Of a stretch of 35,449 nt of DNA, positions 26,835 to 34,980 are shown piece by piece. This stretch comes from a virus (taxonomy: Duplodnaviria; Caudoviricetes): the IMG/VR virus record IMGVR_UViG_3300029171_000165, positions 1 to 35,449 of that record; one strand, written 5' to 3'. The position numbers were made by a program, and so were the translations under genes. Every line of letters begins with the position of its first letter. Positions within the stretch are counted from its first letter, which is position 1. The notes under the pieces are model-generated. The model worked only from the letters and a program-made list of their open reading frames with translations, ran no database searches and was not told the DNA's origin.

Positions 26835-27016
26835 GCGAGCGAAATCTAAGCGACGGGGACGTGGCAGCGATTGTTGACGCGCTCGAGGTCAGGCTGACTG
26901 ACAAGTTCTATCGGGATTTAGGCAAGGGGCTGTGGGGCCTTGTGTGGAAAGTGCTGATCGGCGCGCTGCTGTTCGTCGCGTCCTATGGCGCGCTTAAATA
27001 TGGGGGCAAATCATAA
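26831..27016 (+). CDS. Single-TM holin/antiholin-like protein
   Basis: 61 aa with C-terminal TM, immediately before the endolysin. Confidence 0.6.
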   Translation: MSERNLSDGDVAAIVDALEVRLTDKFYRDLGKGLWGLVWKVLIGALLFVASYGALKYGGKS

Positions 27017-27570
27017 TGAACTCCAAACCTATTTTTGATGCCGTCCGCACGATTGCGGGGCCGCTCGCACAAGCCGATGTCGATTTGCTGAATACGGCAA
27101 TTGTCGCGGCACAGCATGGCGATGCGCTGGTAAAATCCGGCGTTCGAGAAATCGGCGCTGCGGGCCTTGCTCTTATCAAGCAATTCGAGGGCTTGCGGCT
27201 GACCGCCTATCTCTGCCCCGCAAGGGTCTGGACCATCGGTTACGGTTCTACCGGGCCGCACGTCAAGTCGGGAATGACTATCAGCGAGGCGGATGCTGAA
27301 AAGCTGTTGCGCGACGATCTGGACCGCTTTGAAGCCAGTGTTGCGAAGTCGGCCCCCAATGCCACACAAAACCAGTTTGACGCGATGGTGAGCCTTGCGT
27401 TCAATATCGGCACAGCGGGCTTTGAACGATCATCGGTTTTGAAGCGATTGCTTGAGGGCAATTTGCGCGGCGCGGCGGATGCTTTCCTTATGTGGAACAA
27501 GGCTGGTGGGCAAGTGCTGGCCGGGTTGACCCGCCGCCGCGAGGCCGAGCGGAAGTTGTTTCTGTCATGA
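27016..27570 (+). CDS. Endolysin, GH24 phage lysozyme
   Basis: LIKQFEGLRLTAYLCPARVWTIGYGST, QNQFDAMVSLAFNIG, GLTRRREAE. Confidence 0.95.
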   Translation: MNSKPIFDAVRTIAGPLAQADVDLLNTAIVAAQHGDALVKSGVREIGAAGLALIKQFEGLRLTAYLCPARVWTIGYGSTGPHVKSGMTISEADAEKLLRDDLDRFEASVAKSAPNATQNQFDAMVSLAFNIGTAGFERSSVLKRLLEGNLRGAADAFLMWNKAGGQVLAGLTRRREAERKLFLS

Positions 27571-27842
27571 CGGACTTTGTAAATCCCGACGCGAGCGACA
27601 AGCGCCGGACATGGGGGCTGATATTGCTGGCCGGGGGCGGCATGGCCATGACGGGCTTTGCCTCGGTTGTCCTGTGGCTTGTTCGCGAAAATGCTGACTA
27701 TGCGTTTTATCTCGGCCTGTGCGCAATGGCGCTGATCGGCGTAGTGCTTACCGGCTTTGCAGGGCTGCTTATGAAACGCACCATTCGCGCCACCATATTG
27801 GGCAATGAAATCGAAGTATCGGACCAAGGGATAGAGCAATGA
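27567..27842 (+). CDS. Two-TM holin-like protein
   Basis: ATGA overlap; two hydrophobic helices and a charged C-terminus; inside the lysis cassette. Confidence 0.6.
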   Translation: MTDFVNPDASDKRRTWGLILLAGGGMAMTGFASVVLWLVRENADYAFYLGLCAMALIGVVLTGFAGLLMKRTIRATILGNEIEVSDQGIEQ

Positions 27843-28180
27843 CATTCCTGATAGCCTTTTTTGCCCGCTCAAAGCTTCTACAGCCATTCGCGCGGCAACT
27901 GGCATGGGCAACCATCATCGTTGCTGTAATCGCGCTGTTCGCGCTCGTGGGGACGTGTTGGCTGGGCAAGCATGACAAGGCAGTGATTGAAGCGGATCGC
28001 AATGAATCGAACGTGAAGGTTCTCACCGACGCAATAGGCGACAATGAACGCGCCAACGATGTTTTGACCAAAGAGGAAAAGGAAAATGATGACCGTATTG
28101 AACAAGCGCGGGTTGATGCTGCTGGCAGCGACGATCCTCTTGCCGCTGGCCTCGACAGCTTGCGCGCCAAAAAGAATTGA
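27839..28180 (+). CDS. Rz-like inner-membrane spanin
   Basis: N-terminal TM followed by charged coiled coil; overlaps a lipoprotein gene. Confidence 0.7.
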   Translation: MTFLIAFFARSKLLQPFARQLAWATIIVAVIALFALVGTCWLGKHDKAVIEADRNESNVKVLTDAIGDNERANDVLTKEEKENDDRIEQARVDAAGSDDPLAAGLDSLRAKKN

Positions 28181-28388
28181 TCGCGTCCCTATACCGGCCA
28201 ATCTGAAAACGTGTGAGGCCGAGACGGAGGCTCCTGCCTTGCCTGCGGTGGATTGGTCGAGTGTCGATACTGCCAAGCCGATTCAGTTCGTGCGCGACCA
28301 GATGACGCTTGCCTACGTGCTGGCGTTGGTCGCATCTGGCGGTGATTGCCGTGCTAAGGTGTCAGCTATTGCGGAATGGGATCGCTAA
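28086..28388 (+). CDS. Rz1-like outer-membrane lipoprotein spanin
   Basis: Signal peptide with lipobox ASTA-C; Pro-rich mature region with further Cys; overlaps the Rz-like gene. Confidence 0.75.
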   Translation: MMTVLNKRGLMLLAATILLPLASTACAPKRIDRVPIPANLKTCEAETEAPALPAVDWSSVDTAKPIQFVRDQMTLAYVLALVASGGDCRAKVSAIAEWDR

Positions 28389-28395
28389 TACTGAC

Positions 28396-28423
28396 TTGCA
28401 TCCCGCGCCGGATTCTGTATTGT
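28396..28423 (+). promoter_or_regulatory. Putative promoter TTGCAT-N16-TATTGT
   Basis: Lies just after the lysis cassette and just before the first helix of the structured region. Confidence 0.5.
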
Positions 28424-28428
28424 TGCGA

Positions 28429-28728
28429 GTGACGCGGCGGCGCTTCATTGCGGCAATGTCGGCTTGAGAGTTTGGCTCGTAAACCCGGCCCGCGTCATCC
28501 GCTCTGAACGCGGCTAAACCGTGTAGTAGGAGCGACCCGGCCAGTCGTTTCGTCTGGCCCTTGTGTTCGGGTGCGGCAGTGACCGGTCAATGTCCGCATA
28601 GGCCAGAGGCGAAACGTAACAGACGTCCACGCCGCACCCGTCACTCCTGCCAAGCCAATAACGCCAGCCACATAAGCCCGAGCGCGCATATCCCGCCTAT
28701 CGCATAGTGGTAGTGGCGGGGGATGTTC
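28429..28728 (+). ncRNA. Candidate structured non-coding RNA (~300 nt)
   Basis: Nested helices: 28429-37/28490-98, 28508-13/28519-24, 28526-36/28640-50, 28539-44/28554-59, 28568-77/28631-40, 28692-703/28707-20. No credible ORF. Confidence 0.55.
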
Positions 28729-29041
28729 AAACGGTGCGCCCACGTGCAAGCGCAATATCGACCGCCTCGCCATAAGGCATCCTGTCCAGTTCGTTGAGTC
28801 TGGCAAGGGCGCTTTCGGCGGATAATTTCACGTTTACCCGAAACGTCATATGGTCAATGTTCTGATTTTCAAATTCGCGCGCCATTTCCTCCAGCGCCTC
28901 CCGCGCCACAGCAAGCGCCTCTGCTTGGGCTTCGGCATGGGAAGGGATGGCGTTGATTGCTGCGATAACCTCTTCGCTCCCACCCATGCGCCGCAACATG
29001 TATGCCGCAACGGCATCGGCGCGCTTTATTACATCTGTCAT
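28727..29041 (-). CDS. Hypothetical protein (MTDVIKRAD...)
   Basis: ATG 29041 with SD GGAGG; last gene of the leftward operon. Confidence 0.7.
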   Translation of the reverse strand: MTDVIKRADAVAAYMLRRMGGSEEVIAAINAIPSHAEAQAEALAVAREALEEMAREFENQNIDHMTFRVNVKLSAESALARLNELDRMPYGEAVDIALARGRTV

Positions 29042-29042
29042 G

Positions 29043-29312
29043 CTATCCTCCTCCAGAGAGTGCTGCGGTGAATATTTCCATTGCCTTGTCTGCATAGTGT
29101 TTCGAATATGGTTCGGGCATGACATGTTCGATTGAACGTCGGACATTTTCACTCGTCGCATGGGCGATAACGGATGCGATGGCTGCTTGGGCGTCACTGC
29201 GAAAAAGCCTCTGAATGTGCATGGGGGCGTGATAAAAGTAGGTATTTTCCCACTTGCCATCATTGGCAAATAGCGCCAGCGCCACAGCCTCAATCAGTTT
29301 CGTGTCGGTCAT
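29043..29312 (-). CDS. Hypothetical protein (MTDTKLIEAVA...)
   Basis: ATG 29312 with SD AAGGAG; tightly packed. Confidence 0.7.
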   Translation of the reverse strand: MTDTKLIEAVALALFANDGKWENTYFYHAPMHIQRLFRSDAQAAIASVIAHATSENVRRSIEHVMPEPYSKHYADKAMEIFTAALSGGG

Positions 29313-29313
29313 G

Positions 29314-29649
29314 CTATTGCTCCTTTGCTGCGCGGATGGCTTGGGCGATGCACGCCGGATGGTTACCGAGTTCTGGCCTACCTTCGCCCCACGCTTCCGC
29401 AATCACAGCCGCCTGTTCGCGCTGTTCTCGGCGGGCTTGTTCTGCATGGTCGGCGAAGGCGGTGGCAAGAACCGACCGGACGCCTTGGCAGTTGGGGTAT
29501 AGATACCGTGTTGCGAAATCCGTGGCCGCATCTCTGTCGGCCTGTGTAGGCGTTACCTTATCGGTCATGGATGTTCCGCCTTCGCTGCTAATACCTTCAG
29601 GTTGCTTACCATTTTCGTCGGCCCAAGAGCCTCCCCATCCTTCGGTCAT
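29314..29649 (-). CDS. Hypothetical protein (contains VTPTQADRDAA motif)
   Basis: ATG 29649 in ATGA overlap; alternative start 29568. Confidence 0.65.
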   Translation of the reverse strand: MTEGWGGSWADENGKQPEGISSEGGTSMTDKVTPTQADRDAATDFATRYLYPNCQGVRSVLATAFADHAEQARREQREQAAVIAEAWGEGRPELGNHPACIAQAIRAAKEQ

Positions 29650-30350
29650 GTCGGTTCCTTGTGTTTGAACGGTTGCCATGTATTGTTGGCATCGGGCTTC
29701 CCCTGTGTGAGTGCTGCGGCGATTGCATCAAACAATTCGTCAAACTCCAGAGGCTTATACATTGTCGGTCCGCCCCATGACCTCGCTTCCCGCAATCGGT
29801 CTGCTTCAATTTTCTTTCCCTGTTCGCGCACTTCGGCAATCACCGCATTGCGCATTGCATCGCTTGGGGGCTGTCGGAGGGCTGCGGCCAGTTTGTCAAT
29901 CGTCCCAATCAATCGGTAAAGCGTGTTTTTGTTGACGCTTGCCATGTCATGCCCGCTGCCTTCTCTGGCATGGTCGCGCCACCTGTCCAGCGCTTCGGGG
30001 TCCATCACAAGATATTGGCTGTTGGTTGCCCAAATGTATGAAACAGGGTCAGCCAGTTCGCTATGCTGGCTCGGTGCGTTACGTCCACCAGCTAACGTGC
30101 GTATTGCGTCCATCTGTTCGCCGCTGATTTCGTCCGAATAATCGGGCTGGCTCGGTGCGGGGGTGGTGCGGGTGAGTGCAGCAAAAGTTTCAAGCATAGC
30201 GCGCTCACAATCAGAGCAACCGGCTTCCCAACCATCCGCCAAAACGGCCTCGGCCATTGATGTGTTCGCAATTAGCGGGTGTCGATAATAGGACGCCATA
30301 GCTTCCCTTGCCGCCTGCGTCACAGGCTCAATCGGTGTGGTGGCCATCAT
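29646..30350 (-). CDS. Hypothetical mosaic early protein
   Basis: 234 aa; overlaps both neighbours by 4 nt. Confidence 0.7.
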   Translation of the reverse strand: MMATTPIEPVTQAAREAMASYYRHPLIANTSMAEAVLADGWEAGCSDCERAMLETFAALTRTTPAPSQPDYSDEISGEQMDAIRTLAGGRNAPSQHSELADPVSYIWATNSQYLVMDPEALDRWRDHAREGSGHDMASVNKNTLYRLIGTIDKLAAALRQPPSDAMRNAVIAEVREQGKKIEADRLREARSWGGPTMYKPLEFDELFDAIAAALTQGKPDANNTWQPFKHKEPT

Positions 30351-30556
30351 GCTTGCTCCAATACTGTTCCAGAGTTAGCGAAGCGAGGCTCGCGCCCAAA
30401 CCATTGCTCCCTGCGAGTGACGTATTGGTCCCACGTATTAAGTTGTTGAACGAGATGCTCGGCCAGCAAAAAATCAGGCGTGTTGCTCCCGTTCTCTACG
30501 CTATGCCGATTGATTAGAGATTGTAATTCTGTGCGAAATGCAGATTCGTTTTTCAT
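30347..30556 (-). CDS. Conserved phage hypothetical (LINRHSVENGSNTPDFLLA motif)
   Basis: Recognisable small phage-protein motif; SD AAGGAG; ATGA overlap. Confidence 0.75.
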   Translation of the reverse strand: MKNESAFRTELQSLINRHSVENGSNTPDFLLAEHLVQQLNTWDQYVTRREQWFGREPRFANSGTVLEQA

Positions 30557-30753
30557 GTTGATTGCTCCTTATAGTGGTCGCCGCGTTCGATTGCGTCTGC
30601 GAGATCGAGCGAAATTTGACTATGGTCGAACGTCAGTTTCCCCGATGTGATAATTTCCCATGCTGCCGACAACCGGTTTCCAAAAACGGTTACAGTGAAA
30701 ATGTGTTGTTTCCGCAGCCACGCAACAATCGCCTGTCTTTCTGTATTACCCAT
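30553..30753 (-). CDS. Hypothetical protein (ERQAIVAWLR..ADAIERGDH)
   Basis: ATG 30753 within track ORF; common phage motif. Confidence 0.65.
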   Translation of the reverse strand: MGNTERQAIVAWLRKQHIFTVTVFGNRLSAAWEIITSGKLTFDHSQISLDLADAIERGDHYKEQST

Positions 30754-30925
30754 TATAGGGGGTCCCGCGAAGTCTGCGCTTCCGGCGCTTCGACATTGGC
30801 TTTCCGCTGTCGGTGTATTTCGCGTTCGGGTTCGGCGAATGAAGATCAAAGCCGTAATTGCTGGCGGAACCAAAGCCTATGCCCATCGACAATGCTGCGA
30901 TTGCCGCGACGTTCTTAATGTTCAT
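30746..30925 (-). CDS. Small hypothetical protein, 59 aa (MNIKNVAAIAALS...KRRKRR)
   Basis: Below track cutoff; SD GAGGAG; fills the gap exactly with overlaps. Confidence 0.6.
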   Translation of the reverse strand: MNIKNVAAIAALSMGIGFGSASNYGFDLHSPNPNAKYTDSGKPMSKRRKRRLRGTPYNG

Positions 30926-31286
30926 TGCTTGTCTCCTCTTGATGGCTGGATGCCTTTAGTGCGGCGATGCAGAGAGCGATTGCGAAGGTTCCAGGCGCGG
31001 CTTTTGAACACCCCTTGGCGTAGCGCCAATTCCCATTTATCAGCGCGCCTAATGTAGCAGCCCACTCCCATTGATACGCGCAAGGGCGGCGCTGTATGAC
31101 ATCAGTTATTACCCACCCTTCCGGCACAAGCGTCATTGCAGAGTCTATGCTGGTGGTGTAAGCGGGACCATAAAGCTGGCGAAACTCGGTGTCGAAAGGG
31201 TAGCCACGCACAATTTCAGATATGGCGGAATCTAACTCCCGCGAGCCCTCACTCGATTCCTGCAATCGTTGGATTAAATCATTCAT
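30915..31286 (-). CDS. Hypothetical protein (GSRELD..PAYTTSIDSAMTLVPEGW..AIALCIAALKA; phage ABA-sandwich-like)
   Basis: ATG 31286; widespread phage motif. Confidence 0.7.
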   Translation of the reverse strand: MNDLIQRLQESSEGSRELDSAISEIVRGYPFDTEFRQLYGPAYTTSIDSAMTLVPEGWVITDVIQRRPCAYQWEWAATLGALINGNWRYAKGCSKAAPGTFAIALCIAALKASSHQEETSNEH

Positions 31287-31584
31287 GGCTGGTGTCCTGA
31301 CTGTCTTTGGGCAAAGCCTGACGGTAAGCATCGGCCATCGCCTGCAATTCGCGGTCGGCATTTTCTCGCCAGTCCACCTTGTCGGCAAACCAATGCTTCC
31401 ACGTGAATAGCAGAACCGCTGCTTGCTCGTCCTCGGCACGGCTTTTGATTGCCCACCCGCCAAGGCGAAGCACATTAGCTATATTGATGCACATATGGCA
31501 TGGGCGTCCAAGGATTTCCACAAGGTCCGCGTCGGGCCGTTCTGGAAGCACGGAAGCGCCCATATCTTCGTTTCCATCAACCAT
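31279..31584 (-). CDS. Hypothetical protein (EILGRP..IANVLRLGG..RAEDEQA)
   Basis: ATG 31584 with SD AAGGA; overlaps neighbours. Confidence 0.65.
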   Translation of the reverse strand: MVDGNEDMGASVLPERPDADLVEILGRPCHMCINIANVLRLGGWAIKSRAEDEQAAVLLFTWKHWFADKVDWRENADRELQAMADAYRQALPKDSQDTSHE

Positions 31585-31789
31585 TACTAGTTCCTTCGGT
31601 GCGGGTGTTCCAAGCGGTGATTGCGTGCGGCTTTGACAACAAGGTTCCGGTTGTCGGATAAATGTTGCAAAACCGCCTGCCGCTGTTGCCGTCGCACTTG
31701 GCGATGTAGAGGTTGTAGTCCCGGCCTTCGCCACAGTGCATATAGGCAGGCGAGCCGCAAAACGGACACGGCTTAAGTTCCTCACTCAT
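31577..31789 (-). CDS. Lar-family restriction alleviation-like protein
   Basis: MSEELKPCPFCG...AITAWNTR signature. Confidence 0.8.
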   Translation of the reverse strand: MSEELKPCPFCGSPAYMHCGEGRDYNLYIAKCDGNSGRRFCNIYPTTGTLLSKPHAITAWNTRTEGTSNG

Positions 31790-31982
31790 GTTCTATCTCC
31801 TCTGGGGGTGGCGCGGGCAAGTCTTTTTCGTCCTCGGCAACCAATTCCTCTTGGAGGGCCAGATATTTACCAAGCCGCAAAAACGAGTCCGTTGTCATCG
31901 GCTTATTCGAAACGATATTCACCCATTGTTCTTTGCCTAGGGGCACTCGCATCGCGTAGGAGTTTTCATCTCTCACCATCAT
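31782..31982 (-). CDS. Hypothetical protein
   Basis: SD GGAG; overlaps neighbours. Confidence 0.6.
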   Translation of the reverse strand: MMVRDENSYAMRVPLGKEQWVNIVSNKPMTTDSFLRLGKYLALQEELVAEDEKDLPAPPPEEIEHE

Positions 31983-32131
31983 CCTTCTCCATTCTCTGCG
32001 TTAGGGATTGTGGGGGTGGTCATTTGCGATACGCACGGCGCGGTAAACCCCGCCACCCCATCACGCATTTCCGCTGGTATTTCAGGCGATGCACTGCGGC
32101 ATATCTGCGGGATTGCGTGGTTATTGGTCAT
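31979..32131 (-). CDS. Small hypothetical, 50 aa (MTNNHAIP...AEMRDG...)
   Basis: ATGA overlaps at both ends; contains repeat copy 1. Confidence 0.45.
   Translation of the reverse strand: MTNNHAIPQICRSASPEIPAEMRDGVAGFTAPCVSQMTTPTIPNAENGEG
32057..32119. repeat. 63-bp imperfect direct repeat, copy 1
   Basis: 42/63 identical without gaps to 32510-32572; first 15 and last 12 nt identical. Confidence 0.8.
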
Positions 32132-32469
32132 CCGACGCTGCCCGGCTTACATTTGAACGGGTCAGCGCGACCTGCCTTGAACACGGTGAAAGCCGGATAG
32201 GTCGCCGCCGTGTAGCCATCTTCCCCCATAAAACAGCACCGCGTGGCAAGGCCGAAATCAATCAGATCGTCCCGCGCAGATTTGCTTAAAACATTCCCGT
32301 CCCAAATCGGGCCTTGGTGCAAAAGCTGATTAAGCTGCTCCCGCTGTGCGCTGCTTAGGCCATCCCATACGATAGGAGCTGCACCGAAATAGCCATCATC
32401 TGTTTTCATGCGCTCACGAGCCGCAAGAACCTGCTTGCGGTCGCCTTTATTGTGAATGCCGTCACTCAT
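32128..32469 (-). CDS. Hypothetical protein (QLLHQGPIWDGNVLSKSARDDL)
   Basis: ATG 32469; flanked by the 63-bp repeats. Confidence 0.7.
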   Translation of the reverse strand: MSDGIHNKGDRKQVLAARERMKTDDGYFGAAPIVWDGLSSAQREQLNQLLHQGPIWDGNVLSKSARDDLIDFGLATRCCFMGEDGYTAATYPAFTVFKAGRADPFKCKPGSVG

Positions 32470-32707
32470 CAAATTTCCCCTGCGGTAAAATGGGCGCAAC
32501 CCGCGATGACCCATCACGCATTTCTGCGGATATTTCCGCCCCTCGTTCAATCGATACTGACGGGATTGCGTGCGTTTCAGGTGTGGCGCAACGCTTCACA
32601 CGGGTGCGCTCCGTATGCCTATGAATGGCTGATGAAGCGCACAAATCCGTAGGAAATGCAAACGGCGATATTGCAAGGCTGCGGTAAAAGTGCGGTAAGG
32701 TGGTCAT
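32462..32707 (-). CDS. Hypothetical protein containing HAIP..AEMRDG repeat
   Basis: ATG 32707 in ATGA overlap with SD GGAGG. Confidence 0.5.
   Translation of the reverse strand: MTTLPHFYRSLAISPFAFPTDLCASSAIHRHTERTRVKRCATPETHAIPSVSIERGAEISAEMRDGSSRVAPILPQGKFDE
32510..32572. repeat. 63-bp imperfect direct repeat, copy 2
   Basis: See copy 1. Confidence 0.8.
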
Positions 32708-32877
32708 TTTGCCTCCGGCTTCGGCATGTCGAACGGGAAAAACATCGTGCATTCTCGATAGCCAAAAGTGCGCGTTAACTGGACCGTCGCTGGCAGAGGG
32801 TTTCTGCCGTCTATTTTCGCCTTGAAATAGAATAGCGCATTGCCGCCCTTATATTTCTCTATCGGTTGCCAAGTCAT
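32704..32877 (-). CDS. Small DUF551-like protein (MTWQPIE...MPKP)
   Basis: WQPIE N-terminus; ATGA overlap. Confidence 0.6.
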   Translation of the reverse strand: MTWQPIEKYKGGNALFYFKAKIDGRNPLPATVQLTRTFGYRECTMFFPFDMPKPEAK

Positions 32878-32999
32878 CGAAACCACCTTCTCCACCCTTT
32901 CGGCTCTGACACGATAGGAGCGGGAACGCGCTGTGTCCGCTTATAGCCGAGGCGATAGTTCCAGTTGTCCTGGCCGCGTGTTGCGATGCGGGCGGTCAT
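32874..32999 (-). CDS. Small basic hypothetical, 41 aa (MTARIATRG...WRRWFR)
   Basis: ATGA overlaps at both ends; below track cutoff. Confidence 0.55.
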   Translation of the reverse strand: MTARIATRGQDNWNYRLGYKRTQRVPAPIVSEPKGWRRWFR

Positions 33000-33235
33000 T
33001 GCATTATTCCTGCGTCGATCAATTGTTCTTGGTAGCTTTTGGGATGCTTTTCGGGTAAGCCAAAGTCAGCGGCAACAGCGGCCCGACGCGATGGCAGGTG
33101 GCTATTCGCTGTCTTCAGCGCCCACAGAACGGCATTGAGTTCATGCTGCGTTTTTATAGTCGCAAATACCGTCACTTCGCCATTTCCGCATGAACGCAAA
33201 GCAAAGTCTTTTGGTAGCTTTTTTCGTTCCATCAT
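32996..33235 (-). CDS. Hypothetical protein
   Basis: SD AGGAG; 79 aa. Confidence 0.65.
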   Translation of the reverse strand: MMERKKLPKDFALRSCGNGEVTVFATIKTQHELNAVLWALKTANSHLPSRRAAVAADFGLPEKHPKSYQEQLIDAGIMQ

Positions 33236-33300
33236 CTATCTCCTGACTTGCCTTGTAACCCCTGCTGGCAAGCCTTTTTCGGGCAGGGCCGGGCTGAACT

Positions 33301-33726
33301 CTATGCCGCGAGGCTCATTGCCTCATCGACAATTGCTTTAGGTGCCGTGCCAGCCATGAAGCGGCCAACAAGCGGCGGTATTGCTGTCTGGACGAACGCC
33401 TCAAAAGCGGGCTGGTCCATTTTGGCAAACGATATGCTGCCGGGGATGAAATGCTTTTCACCCTTGCTATCGGTTACGACTTCACCCGTTCCGGTGGCCA
33501 GTTTGGCAAAGTGCATCGCGGCCTTTGTCGATATCGGCGGTTTGCTGTTTTCGCTGATCAGCTTGAGCATGACGAAAAACAGGCGATGATATTTGCCGTT
33601 GCGAACCTTTGTCGGCTTCAACTCGCATACCTCGCCAAGCTTGACGCCTGCAAAGTAATCGTTGGCTTCTTCGTTGAAAGGGACAAAGCCATCGAGTGCG
33701 CGGCGGTATAGTTGGCGGTCGCTCAT
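33301..33726 (-). CDS. DUF1367-like (NinB/YbcN-related) protein
   Basis: RNGKYHRLFF..PGSISFAKMDQPAFEAF; in the recombination module. Confidence 0.75.
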   Translation of the reverse strand: MSDRQLYRRALDGFVPFNEEANDYFAGVKLGEVCELKPTKVRNGKYHRLFFVMLKLISENSKPPISTKAAMHFAKLATGTGEVVTDSKGEKHFIPGSISFAKMDQPAFEAFVQTAIPPLVGRFMAGTAPKAIVDEAMSLAA

Positions 33727-34040
33727 ATCCCCAGCCCCTCATTAACGCTAATCGTCCATTGCCAATCCGCTTCCCGAACAAGGTCGATGCCGTGCACCTT
33801 ATGGAAAAGGTCCGCGCTGCCGAGTTGGTGAAAACTGTCTGCGTTATGCCTATGATGCCCCGCGCATAGCGGTACGACACGGCGATCATCCTTGGCCTGC
33901 AATCCCGTGCGGACGTGATGGATTTCCGCTGGTCCGTTGCATACCAGACACCCGACAGCAGCAACGCGGTTTAGGTGCGCTTTCTGCTTTGCTAAGCGGG
34001 GCTTGATGCGGCCAAATGGGCGAAGCTTTTCGAGCATCAT
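33723..34040 (-). CDS. Ref/DUF968-like HNH nuclease
   Basis: HLNRVAAVGCLVC..AEIHHVR..KDDRRVVPLCAGHH. Confidence 0.8.
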   Translation of the reverse strand: MMLEKLRPFGRIKPRLAKQKAHLNRVAAVGCLVCNGPAEIHHVRTGLQAKDDRRVVPLCAGHHRHNADSFHQLGSADLFHKVHGIDLVREADWQWTISVNEGLGI

Positions 34041-34345
34041 GCGGCCTCCGCCAGCAGTTCATGCCTTGCCAATGTCCGCAACCGGCTGCGAACAGACGTG
34101 CGCGGCTTGCCGATAATGCGGGCGATATTGCAAATGTTCTCACCTTCCATACGAAGCCGCAAAATCACCGCGTCAATTTCAGGCGGGTATTTCTTCGATG
34201 TGCGGCAAAAATCGTTCGGGCCGACAATCCCATGTTCATAGCACCAATACTGGATAGTGTTGATGTTGACGCCGATTGCGTTGCTTATCTGCCCGTAAGA
34301 CAGTCCGCGCAGGCGCATGGACTCAATGTCGGTCATGTCGATCAT
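34037..34345 (-). CDS. Double HTH DNA-binding protein
   Basis: GLSYGQISNAIG and GENICNIARIIGKPRTSVRSRL. Confidence 0.75.
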   Translation of the reverse strand: MIDMTDIESMRLRGLSYGQISNAIGVNINTIQYWCYEHGIVGPNDFCRTSKKYPPEIDAVILRLRMEGENICNIARIIGKPRTSVRSRLRTLARHELLAEAA

Positions 34346-34980
34346 CCGGCGGCCAAAATCGGCATGGGCAGATATTTGGTTTCCAGTTCCCGCACCGCGT
34401 CATCGACCTCGGTAAGAAACGCGGCAACCTCGGTTTCCATTTCGCTTATCATCGCCCCATCGCGGGCGACGCGCTGGACGTGCAATTGCATCGGCTCGGG
34501 CAAGCGGGGATCGAAGCTGGCGAAGTCGCACCATAGCCGTCCAGTGCAAGCCATCTGCCATTGCATCTGCTTCACATATTTGCCGTCGATAGGGTCACCC
34601 CGCAGCGTAGCGATATGAGTTGCTGAGTTAGGGCACTTGATTTCAAGCAAACCCTCTGCACCGACAAGGCCATCTGGAGAAGCTCCTGACATGGCGATGC
34701 GGGGATGGTCAAAGAATCCACACTCGGCAACGTCGCTGTCAGTAAGCCACGCATAAGCTGCGCGGGCTTGCGGCTCAGTCTCGGTTCCCCATGCCATCGC
34801 GGCGTTGCTATAGCCCTCTGTAGGCTTGCCAGTGAGGCGCTCCGTGATAAGCTGCGCGGCATAGTTGGCGCGGCTTGCCGAATATCCGCTTTTCGTGCGC
34901 GCCATGACGTCTGCAATCTTGCTGGCTGTGGCTTTACCGATACGAGCAGCAAACCATTCATCTGTTTTCTGGTCCATCAC
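34342..34980 (-). CDS. YqaJ/lambda-exonuclease family protein
   Basis: EWFAARIGKATAS, WGTETEPQAR, GASPDGLV, LEIKCP, QMQWQM. Confidence 0.95.
   Translation of the reverse strand: MMDQKTDEWFAARIGKATASKIADVMARTKSGYSASRANYAAQLITERLTGKPTEGYSNAAMAWGTETEPQARAAYAWLTDSDVAECGFFDHPRIAMSGASPDGLVGAEGLLEIKCPNSATHIATLRGDPIDGKYVKQMQWQMACTGRLWCDFASFDPRLPEPMQLHVQRVARDGAMISEMETEVAAFLTEVDDAVRELETKYLPMPILAAG

Noticed and set aside
27184-27237. Inactive endolysin (Cys in place of catalytic Asp)
   Set aside because: E-x8-C-x5-T is a known functional GH24 variant.
27240-27911. 223-aa minus-strand ORF over lysis genes
   Set aside because: Shadow of endolysin and holin-like genes; no recognisable features.
28568-28640. 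Hammerhead ribozyme (GAAAC-GU...AC-GUC inside a long stem)
   Set aside because: The GAAA/GUC half fits, but the CUGANGA core is absent at the required position.
28495-28806. 103-aa minus-strand ORF over the structured region
   Set aside because: Starts inside another gene, no SD, atypical composition; base-pairing explains the region better.
32057-32572. Integron attC sites
   Set aside because: No RYYYAAC/GTTRRRY cores and no integrase in the window; kept only as a generic repeat finding.
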